Positions 56,662 to 64,000 of a DNA stretch of 64,000 nucleotides are shown piece after piece. The position numbers and the translations under genes were made by a program. The stretch's first letter is position 1, and every line of letters starts with the position of its first letter. This stretch comes from an uncultured delta proteobacterium. Lineage in GTDB: Bacteria > Myxococcota_A > Polyangia > Fen-1088. The notes below the pieces were generated by a model. The model searched no databases. It was not told the DNA's origin and was given only the letters and a program-made list of their open reading frames with translations. The stretch spans positions 1,760,001 through 1,824,000 of the forward strand of contig CAVYGB010000002.1 in NCBI GenBank assembly GCA_963767925.1. The letters run 5' to 3'.

Positions 56662-58077
56662 GTGAGCACGCCCGACGCGTCCACTGCCGAGCTGGTCGCG
56701 CGGGCGCTGGTGGTCCAGCGGGTGGCCACCGCGCGGCGGCTGTCCAGCTTGCGGCTGCTCGGGGTGGGCGCCGCCCTGGCCCTGTGCCTGGTCATGGCCC
56801 ACGGCCTGGACCTCGAGGACTGGCTGGCCAGCGCCGCCGTCTTCGCCGTGTACGCGGCAGCCAGCCTGGGCCTGTGGGCGATCCTGCGCCGGTCGCAGCG
56901 GGCGGCGGGGTGGGCCGGGCTGGCCGTCGCCCTTGTCGACGTGCCGATGGTGTTTCTGTCGCAGTGGCTGTCCTTGCCGCTGTCGCCCTCGCCGGGGGGC
57001 GTGGCCGGCTTCACCCTCGGCATCCTCGTGTTGTTGCTGGGGCTGGCGGCCCTCTCTCTCAGCGTCCGGCAGACCTGGCTGGTGGCGGTCGTCGCCGGCG
57101 CGGCCGAGGTGCGGCTGCAAGCGCAGGCGGGCATCGGCTTCGGCGCCTGGATCGCCGCCGCGCTGGTGCTCGGCTGCGCCGCCGGCGTGCTCACCTACCT
57201 CGTCAACCGGGTGCGCGCCCTGGTCGCCGCCGTCACCGCCGAGGAGCAGAAGCGCTCCCGCCTGCGCCGCTACTTCTCCCCCTCGGTGGCCGAGCGCCTC
57301 CAGGCTCAGGACAGCACCTCGGCCGCCACTCCCGACACCCACGACCTGACCGTGCTGTTCTCCGACATCCGCGACTTCACCCCCACCGCCGCCTCGCTGT
57401 CCCCCGCCGCCGTGGTCCGCCTGCTCAACGAGTACCACCGCCGCATGGTGGGCGTCGTCTTCGAGCACGGCGGCACCCTCGACAAGTTCATCGGCGACGG
57501 CATCATGGCCTACTTCGGCGCGCCCCTGCCCGACGCCGACCACGCCCGCCACGCCGTCGACTGCGCCCTGGCCATGACCCGCGAGCTGCAGGCCCTGAAC
57601 GCCGTCCGCCACGGACGCGGCGAGCCCGCCCTGCGCATCGGCATCGGGCTGCACACGGGCCCCGCCGTGGTGGGCGACATCGGCTCGCCCGATCACCGCC
57701 TCGAATACACCGCCATCGGCGACACCGTGAACCTCGCCTCGCGCATCGAGGGCCTCACCAAGACCGCCGGCGTCGAGCTGCTCGTCTCCCAGGCCACCCG
57801 CGACAGGGCAGGCCCCAACTACCCCTGGCGCGCCCTGGCCCCCCTGCCGGTCAAGGGCGTCGCCTCCCTCCTCTCCACCTTCACCCCTCTTCCACCGGCC
57901 GCCACCGACGCCGCCAGCCCCGCCGCTGCGGTGGCCACAGCCGGCCCGGGCGCCGAGGTTGCCAGGACCAGGACCACGCCCGCAGCGAGCCCCGCGTCGC
58001 CGCCACTCGCCGCCCTCATCGGCAAGGCAACGTTGCCGCCACCGTTCCGGACCGGCTCGCGTCGCCCCGGCCCCTGA
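56662..58077 (+). CDS. Membrane-bound class III adenylate/guanylate cyclase
   Basis: TM N-terminus; [37 protein letters not shown]. Confidence 0.92.
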   Translation: MSTPDASTAELVARALVVQRVATARRLSSLRLLGVGAALALCLVMAHGLDLEDWLASAAVFAVYAAASLGLWAILRRSQRAAGWAGLAVALVDVPMVFLSQWLSLPLSPSPGGVAGFTLGILVLLLGLAALSLSVRQTWLVAVVAGAAEVRLQAQAGIGFGAWIAAALVLGCAAGVLTYLVNRVRALVAAVTAEEQKRSRLRRYFSPSVAERLQAQDSTSAATPDTHDLTVLFSDIRDFTPTAASLSPAAVVRLLNEYHRRMVGVVFEHGGTLDKFIGDGIMAYFGAPLPDADHARHAVDCALAMTRELQALNAVRHGRGEPALRIGIGLHTGPAVVGDIGSPDHRLEYTAIGDTVNLASRIEGLTKTAGVELLVSQATRDRAGPNYPWRALAPLPVKGVASLLSTFTPLPPAATDAASPAAAVATAGPGAEVARTRTTPAASPASPPLAALIGKATLPPPFRTGSRRPGP

Positions 58078-58767
58078 CCCCGGCGCCTGGCACCGGAACC
58101 TGTCCGCGGCGCCCGACACCGGAACCTGACCCTGGCGCGTGACACCCGGAACCTGACCGGGTGATCCAGACCGACCAGGGCGGTACCCGCTTCCGCGCCC
58201 TCCACGGCGGGGCCCACCCGGGCAACGGCGGCACCGAGGTGTTCCGCTTCTACTCCCGGGTCAGCGCCGTCACCGCCACCACCATCACCCTCGAGCGGAA
58301 CCTCCCCCTGCAGGTGGACACCCGCTGGACCCCCCAGGTGCGCGCCGCCCGCCCCACCGTCCGCGAGGTCGAAGCGGGGCCCGGCGATGCCCTTCGCGAG
58401 CAGCCCGATCCCGCCATGAAAAGGCGTCACCGGCATGAGCTTGGCGCCAGTCTCGCACGCCCCACCGACCTGGCGGGGCCGCGCGGCGAAAAGGGGGCGG
58501 GGAGCGGCCTTGACCCCAACCAGGAGAACCGAGGAGCGAAGCTGACCGCACCGCCCCCCCGCCCCGCCCGCAAAGGATTGCAATCGACGTTCCACTCCCG
58601 CCGCCCCCCCCTCCTCGCCCCGCGCCCGGCCCGCTCCCCCATTTTCTCCGCGCTACCCCGACCGTTCCCCCGCACCCTGCAACCCCTCCAGGCAAAACGC
58701 CCGACCCCCCCGGCCATGCCGTTCAATCAGGCGCAGCGGTCCACCTCTTCGCGGGAGGGCGCGCATC

Positions 58768-58920
58768 CAAACCGCCTGTGCCGGCCGAGCGCGCATCCAT
58801 CACCACCCTGTCCCGGCCGAGCGCCCGGCCATCACCCCTCACCCGCCCGGGCACCATCCATCACCACCTGTCCCAGCCGAGCGCGCATCCATCATCACCC
58901 CCACCGGCCGAGCGCCCGGC
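58768..58920 (+). repeat. Five divergent 29-32 bp units, four starting CATCA
   Basis: Units at 58768, 58798, 58830, 58859, 58890 sharing CCGAGCGC(GCATC/CCGGC) in four of five. Confidence 0.75.
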
Positions 58921-58992
58921 CATCACCTCTCCCCGCGGTCTGCCGGGGGGAGAGGTCGGCGCGTCTGCGCGCCGGGTGAGGGGCCTCCGGCG
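58921..58992 (+). repeat. 72-bp REP-like double hairpin (copy 2)
   Basis: 71/72 identity to 55377-55448. Confidence 0.9.
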
Positions 58993-59017
58993 GGTCACCC
59001 GCCCCGCGCCCCCGGGC

Positions 59018-60145
59018 CTACTCGGGCACCAGCGGGCCGACGGCCGCCGCGAGGTCGTCGCTGCAGGTGGGGGGTTGCAGGGTGAGGACGGCGAGCTTCT
59101 TTCCCAGGACGCCGGCGACAAGCCGGGCCTCGCCGAGCTGCTCGACGTGGTCGGCGTGCCCCGAGAGGGCGAGGGCGATGGCGGTGATGCCCTGGCAGGT
59201 GGGGCTGGTCGTGGCGGGCCGGACGGCGACGGCGCGCCGGACGCCGGCATCGATCGGGGACAGGGCGAGGAAGCGCCCGTCCTCGAAGTCGCCGACGTTC
59301 CAGGCGAGGGCGGCGAGGAGCTGGCCCAGGTTGCGGGCGTCGTCGAGGGTGAGGGCGTAGGCCACGCCGAGGACGTTGCGGGCGAGCTTGGTCGGGTCGA
59401 AGGTCGCGGCGCGGTCCTGCTGGCGGGTGGGCGGCTGGGCGGCGCCCGGCGGGGTGACGAACTCCATGTTCCAGGTGGAGAACAGCGGGCTGAACACCCC
59501 GTCGGGGATCGCGAAGTGGAACCAGGGGACGGCCTGGCCGTCGACGGTCCGGCTGATGAGCCCGGTCGCGACCCGATCGGCGCCGAAGGTCGACACCATC
59601 CGATCGGTCGCCCAAACCATGCCTCCCGCCGTCTCGTCCGAGAGGGCCAGGCCCGCCCCGCCCGACGGGAACGCCTCCGACACCTCGAAGAATTCCAGGT
59701 AGGTCCGCTCGAACAGCAGGTACAGCCCCGTGTACGTGATGTCCGGTCGCACGGTCGTGCGCTCCACGACGTTGGAGAAGGTGCCGCCCAGCCACGCCGA
59801 GTCCCGCAGCGCCCGGTAGGTCGGCGTCGCCAGCGTCGTGTACACATGGTTCAGAAAGATCGGCAGCGCAGGCGCCTCCGCCTCCAGCGCGACGAGCGGC
59901 GGCGGCCCGGCCACCGCCGTCTCCTCCGCAGCGCCGTGGACCGGTGCCGAGGCGATGCCGGACCGAACCGCCGCGCCCGGCTGCCGCGCGGCGGGCGCGG
60001 GCGGCTCCGCGGCACACCCGATCGCTCCGGAGAGCAGGAGCATCACGGAGAGGCCCGCGGCCGGAATTCTCCGAGGTGTCGGAGGCCTTCCCGGCGCGCG
60101 GGAGGGGGCGATGGTTCGGTTCGTCATGTTGGTGCTCACCTTCAT
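59018..60145 (-). CDS. DUF5829-like (glyoxalase-fold) lipoprotein
   Basis: AIGC lipobox; LNHVY...TY...ERTT...YTGLY...TYLEFF. Confidence 0.65.
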   Translation of the reverse strand: MKVSTNMTNRTIAPSRAPGRPPTPRRIPAAGLSVMLLLSGAIGCAAEPPAPAARQPGAAVRSGIASAPVHGAAEETAVAGPPPLVALEAEAPALPIFLNHVYTTLATPTYRALRDSAWLGGTFSNVVERTTVRPDITYTGLYLLFERTYLEFFEVSEAFPSGGAGLALSDETAGGMVWATDRMVSTFGADRVATGLISRTVDGQAVPWFHFAIPDGVFSPLFSTWNMEFVTPPGAAQPPTRQQDRAATFDPTKLARNVLGVAYALTLDDARNLGQLLAALAWNVGDFEDGRFLALSPIDAGVRRAVAVRPATTSPTCQGITAIALALSGHADHVEQLGEARLVAGVLGKKLAVLTLQPPTCSDDLAAAVGPLVPE

Positions 60146-60320
60146 TTCCGTTCCTCCTGCAACGGATAGGTGGCCGCGCCCCGACGGCCACGCCGCCCCC
60201 GGATCGGTTTTTACCGGGTAGCCCTTGCCGGGTGGCCCTGGCCGCGCCGGTCGAGCCAGGGGGACCGCCTTTGACCACCGCCGGCGGGCGCGGGGGCCCG
60301 GGGCGGGTCATCCTCTGGCC

Positions 60321-61169
60321 GTGAGCGACCTCCGGCATCCGCGACGCGAGCCCCTCGGTGACGGCAGTGTCCCCATCTCCGTCGCGCGGCTCAGGCGTGG
60401 GGCCGAGCGGCCGGCCCGCGCGGCTTCGAGCCATTCGTTCGCCGTGCTGGCATTTTACACGGCGGGGCGGGCGCGGGTGGAGCAGGGGGGGCGCTGGAGT
60501 GTGGAGGCGGGGGACGTCCTGGTCGTGCCGGCCGGGCAGCCGCACCGGATGCTCGAGACCGACAACCCCGAGCTGTGGGGGCTCAGCGTCGGCGTGCCCT
60601 GCCTGGCGGCGGACGGCGGCGGGGCGCTGCTCGAGCCGTTCGAGCAGGTGCGCGCGGGCGGCGCCGCGGTGGTGCGGGTCCCGGCGCCCCGGCACGCCTT
60701 CCTCGACAGCCTGTTTCGCGAGCTGGCCGACGCCGCCGCCCCGGCGCGTGGCTCCGAGCCGCCGCTCGTCGCGCGCAGCCTGCTGACGTTGATCCTGAAC
60801 GAGGTCGGTCGCGCGGCCCGCTGGGATGCCCCCGCCGCGGCCTCGAGCGGCGGCGTCGTCGCCGACAGCCTGCGCTTCATCGAGCGCAACTGCCTGCGCC
60901 CGCTGACCCTCGACGAGGTGGCCCGCGCCGTCGGCCGCAGCCCGGCCCACGTGACGACGGCCCTTACCCGGGCCACCGGCAAGAGCGCGGTCCAGTGGAT
61001 CATCGCCGGGCGCATGGCGGAGGCGCGCCGCCGGCTCCTGCAGTCGGACGAGCGGGTCGACGTCGTGGCCGAGCGGGTCGGGTACGCGGATGCCACGCAC
61101 TTCATCCGGATGTTCCGGCGCGAGCACGGCGCCACCCCGGCTGCCTGGCGATCGGCGCGCGCGAGATAG
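60321..61169 (+). CDS. AraC-family transcriptional regulator
   Basis: Cupin AGDVLVVPAGQPH; HTHs LDEVARAVGRS and VAERVGYADATHFIRMFRREHGATP. Confidence 0.9.
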   Translation: MSDLRHPRREPLGDGSVPISVARLRRGAERPARAASSHSFAVLAFYTAGRARVEQGGRWSVEAGDVLVVPAGQPHRMLETDNPELWGLSVGVPCLAADGGGALLEPFEQVRAGGAAVVRVPAPRHAFLDSLFRELADAAAPARGSEPPLVARSLLTLILNEVGRAARWDAPAAASSGGVVADSLRFIERNCLRPLTLDEVARAVGRSPAHVTTALTRATGKSAVQWIIAGRMAEARRRLLQSDERVDVVAERVGYADATHFIRMFRREHGATPAAWRSARAR

Positions 61170-61211
61170 CTTGGGCGTTGGGTGTCGGCGCTGGAGATCT
61201 GTTGACGGATT

Positions 61212-61282
61212 TCGTGCACGTCTTGCGCTGACGTGCACGAGCACGTGAGTCGTGCACGTCAACGGATCCTGTGCACGACTCA
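61212..61282. terminator. Twin GTGCAC-containing hairpins between convergent genes
   Basis: Perfect 11-bp stem (61212-22/61230-40) and 12-bp stem (61246-57/61271-82). Confidence 0.6.
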
Positions 61283-62230
61283 GAGCAAGCCAGCGGCGGC
61301 CAGCTCGGCGATGAGGCCGTGGTTCAGGGCGGAGGCGGCGTGCATGGCGGAGGCGGCGGCGATGATCGCGCTCTGCTGGGCGGTGACGAGATCGCCGGCG
61401 GCGAAGATGCCCGGGATCGACGTCTCCCGGAACCGCTCGTCCACCCGCAGATACCCCCCGGTGTCGAGGGCCAGCCCGAGCGCCTGCACCACCGGCACCT
61501 GCCGCTGCGGCGGGCGCGCGAACAGGATCTCCATTCGCACCGGCTCGCCCCCGGTCATCTCGACCCGCGCGAGCCGATCGCCGTCGGCCACCAGGCGCGC
61601 GATCGGGCGCTCCTCGATCCCGATCCCGGCCTGCACCAGCCGGGCGCGGACCTCGGGCGGCACCGCGAGCTGCCCGCCGGTGAGCACCACCACCTCCCGC
61701 GTCCAGGCTCGTAGCATCACCGCCAGCTCGAGCAGCTCCGGGCTTGTCGCCAGCACGCCGAACCGCCGATCCCGCACCTCCCAGCCGTGGCAGTAGGGGC
61801 AGATGAAGATGGCCTTCCCCCAGAGGGCGGCGAACCCCTCGAGCTCCGGCAGCATGTCGATCATCCCGGTGCACAGGAGCACCCGGCGCGCGGTCACCTC
61901 CTCGCCCGCGCCGAGCCGCACCTGGAAGGCGCTCCGCTCCCCGCGGATCGCCTCGACTCCCACCTCGCGCACCTCGACGCTGCCATAGGCCTCGAGCTGC
62001 TGGCGGCCGATGCCCCGGAGCTCGGCGGGCGGCGTCCCGTCCCGGGTCAGGAAGTTGTTCACGTGTGTCGCCGCGGCGTTGCGCCGCGGCCCTGCATCGC
62101 AGAGCAGGACCCGCCGCCGCGACCGCCCCAGGGCGAGCGCCGCCGACAGCCCCGCCGGCCCACCCCCCACAACGACAACGTCATAGCTGCCGCTGGCCCG
62201 GGGAGACGATCCCTCACGTTCAGTTGCCAT
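61280..62230 (-). CDS. Thioredoxin-reductase-like FAD/NAD(P) oxidoreductase
   Basis: GGGPAG, CPYCHG, TSIPGIFAAGD. Confidence 0.9.
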   Translation of the reverse strand: MATEREGSSPRASGSYDVVVVGGGPAGLSAALALGRSRRRVLLCDAGPRRNAAATHVNNFLTRDGTPPAELRGIGRQQLEAYGSVEVREVGVEAIRGERSAFQVRLGAGEEVTARRVLLCTGMIDMLPELEGFAALWGKAIFICPYCHGWEVRDRRFGVLATSPELLELAVMLRAWTREVVVLTGGQLAVPPEVRARLVQAGIGIEERPIARLVADGDRLARVEMTGGEPVRMEILFARPPQRQVPVVQALGLALDTGGYLRVDERFRETSIPGIFAAGDLVTAQQSAIIAAASAMHAASALNHGLIAELAAAGLL

Positions 62231-62360
62231 ACCCCGGTGATAGCGCTCTCTGACCCCCGCCGACAGGGCGAGGTTTTCGCTGCAATCGGCGAGCCTTTCG
62301 CCCGCGACCCCGTTCAGCAGGCCCCCCGCTGCCTGTTTGGATGAGGGGCAGTTGCCGCCC

Positions 62361-63266
62361 TCAGCTGCCGAGGGGGGCGATCTCGATCTCGCGGAGGTGG
62401 TCGGGGTCCATGACCAGGTCGATGGCGGTGATCTTTCCGGCGGCGAACGTGAAGCTGAACACCGCCACCGGCGGGCCGTTCCCCGGGGCCCACATGGCTC
62501 CGGCGACGCCGTCCACCAGGGCGGCCTGCGCGCCGCGGGCCCGCCCCTTGAAAGCCTCGGCCACCGCGCGCGCCCCCCGCAGCTCGGGCGCCAGCAGCGG
62601 CGCCCCGGTGCCGGCCCGGGCGGCGGCGGTCTGGACGGCGATGGGGTCGGCCCGCAGGACGACCTCCGGATCGAGCGCCGCCAGCAGGGGGTCGAAGTCG
62701 CCCCCGCGCGCGGCGGTGAGGAAGGCCTCGACCATCTGGCGCTGCCGCGTCCGATCGGCCTCGCTGACGTGCGGCGCGCCCTGGACCCGGCGGCGCGCGC
62801 GGCTGGCGAGCTGGCGGGTGGCGGCCGGAGACCGCTCGACGATGGGGGCGATCTCGTCGAAGGGGAGATCGAACAGGTCGTGCAGCACGAAGGCGATCCG
62901 CTCGACGGGGGCGAGCGTGTCGAGCACCACCAGCAGCGCCAGCCCGATCGAGTCGGCCAGCCACAGCTCCCGGTCGGGCTGCTCCCCCTCCCGGCCCGGG
63001 AGCGCCTCCTGCGTGGTGGGGGACAGGGCCTCCTCCCGCCGCGAGCGGCGCGCGCGCAACATGTCCAGGCAGATCCGGGCCACCACCGTTGTCAGCCAGC
63101 CGCCGAGGTTCTCGACGGCGCCGGTCTCCGCCCGGCTGAGGCGCAGCCAGGCCTCCTGGACCGCGTCGTCGGCCTCCGGCGCGGAGCCCAGCATCCGGTA
63201 GGCCACCGTCCGCAGGTGCGCGCGATGGCTCTCGAACCTGTCGGTCAGGGTGTCGCGCTCGGCCAT
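62361..63266 (-). CDS. ECF41-type sigma factor with SnoaL-like C-terminus
   Basis: AYRMLGS..ADDAVQEAWL, ERIAFVLHDLF, RQLASRAR, GDF..LLAALDP, DPDHL. Confidence 0.9.
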   Translation of the reverse strand: MAERDTLTDRFESHRAHLRTVAYRMLGSAPEADDAVQEAWLRLSRAETGAVENLGGWLTTVVARICLDMLRARRSRREEALSPTTQEALPGREGEQPDRELWLADSIGLALLVVLDTLAPVERIAFVLHDLFDLPFDEIAPIVERSPAATRQLASRARRRVQGAPHVSEADRTRQRQMVEAFLTAARGGDFDPLLAALDPEVVLRADPIAVQTAAARAGTGAPLLAPELRGARAVAEAFKGRARGAQAALVDGVAGAMWAPGNGPPVAVFSFTFAAGKITAIDLVMDPDHLREIEIAPLGS

Positions 63267-63297
63267 GGTACGTCCGCGTCGCCTCCTTGCTTAGCAA

Positions 63298-63324
63298 GAC
63301 GGAGCCGCCCGTCCAGATGTGACC
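63298..63324 (-). promoter_or_regulatory. ECF41-type promoter driving the sigma gene
   Basis: GGTCACA-16 bp-CGTC on the minus strand. Confidence 0.8.
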
Positions 63325-63367
63325 ACCGCCGAAAAAAAACCGGCCCCTCCGCTGCCGCCGATCGACC

Positions 63368-63394
63368 GGTCACATCGGCAGCGGCCAATCCGTC
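63368..63394 (+). promoter_or_regulatory. ECF41-type promoter driving the CMD gene
   Basis: GGTCACA-16 bp-CGTC. Confidence 0.8.
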
Positions 63395-63418
63395 ATCCCC
63401 ACAGAAGGAGACGACATC

Positions 63419-63877
63419 ATGAACGCACGGATGAAGAACCCCGCCCTGCTCAACCCCGCCGCCCTGCAGGCCCTGCACGCGCTCAAGAGCGCCACCGAAG
63501 GCCACGGCGTGCCTCCGGCGACGCTGGGCCTGGTCGAGCTGCGCGCCAGCCAGATCAACGGCTGCGGCGTGTGCGTCGACATGCACTGGCGGCAGATGCG
63601 CAAGACGGGGGAGAGCGACGAACGCATCCTGGCGGTGGCCGCCTGGCGCCACACGCCCTACTTCACCGCCCCCGAGCGGGCGGCCCTCGCCCTCACCGAG
63701 GCCGTGACCCGCCTCAGCGATCGCGAGGACCCCGTCCCCGACCAGGTGTGGTCGGAGGTCAGCCGCCACTACGACGAGCCGGCCCTCGGTGCGCTCATCC
63801 TCGCCATCGCCAACATCAACGTCTGGAACCGCCTCAACGCCGCCGTGGGGCAGGTCGCCGGCGCCTGGAAAGCCTGA
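63419..63877 (+). CDS. Carboxymuconolactone decarboxylase/AhpD-like protein
   Basis: AAGGAG RBS; LRASQINGCGVCVDMH, ERAALALTEAVT, INVWNRL. Confidence 0.92.
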   Translation: MNARMKNPALLNPAALQALHALKSATEGHGVPPATLGLVELRASQINGCGVCVDMHWRQMRKTGESDERILAVAAWRHTPYFTAPERAALALTEAVTRLSDREDPVPDQVWSEVSRHYDEPALGALILAIANINVWNRLNAAVGQVAGAWKA

Positions 63878-63917
63878 GCCCGGGCGGCGTGCGGCCGGCC
63901 GCCGCTGCCCGCGAGCA

Positions 63918-64000
63918 TCAGCCGCCGCTGCCGTAAGGACGGGTGATGATCTCGAGGTTGTGGCCGTCGGGATCGCTCCAGTAGACCCCGCGGCCCCCGT
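63918..64000 (-). CDS. VOC/glyoxalase family protein, 3' end only
   Basis: GGRGVYWSDPDGHNLEIITRPYGSGG*. Confidence 0.75.
   Translation of the reverse strand, partial: GGRGVYWSDPDGHNLEIITRPYGSGG

Overview
GC-rich (Myxococcota/Polyangia-like) chromosomal window with no rRNA, tRNA or CRISPR array. In order: a 5'-partial CHAT (caspase-like) protein with a downstream papain-fold protein lacking recognisable catalytic residues; aldehyde dehydrogenase; a Ser/Thr kinase-AAA-GAF-SpoIIE protein; and a ~20 kb envelope-modification locus (B12-binding radical SAM, an unannotated 51-aa lipoprotein, two O-antigen-ligase-family proteins, four GT4s with one fused to a nucleotidyltransferase-like domain, a priming sugar transferase, an amidohydrolase and a spermidine-synthase-like membrane methyltransferase) interrupted by treZ/ROK and a 164-bp CTAG-bounded palindrome. 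From 30 kb on the region is accessory and littered with gene fragments (GmrSD/DUF262, SDR, msmB, esterase, myxobacterial sigma factor, serpin). It also holds an OmpA/TSP3 + MYXO-CTERM pair, a histidine kinase, a Kelch lipoprotein, two TonB-dependent receptors, an orphan cobU, a deleted IS1380 carrying a four-helix-bundle gene, ACAD, AgmX/PglI-type lipoproteins, an adenylate cyclase, and an ECF41-CMD pair with twin promoters. The most novel signal is an intact RAYT/HUH-family gene whose HUH His and catalytic Tyr appear substituted, lying next to a REP-like copy. Two other copies of that REP (72 bp, 1 mismatch) are each preceded by a different tandem array of 28-32 bp CATCAC-starting units (17 near-identical units at one locus, 5 divergent units at the other). 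Family calls come from motif recognition only; no searches were run. Two homopolymer frameshifts suggest long-read indel errors.
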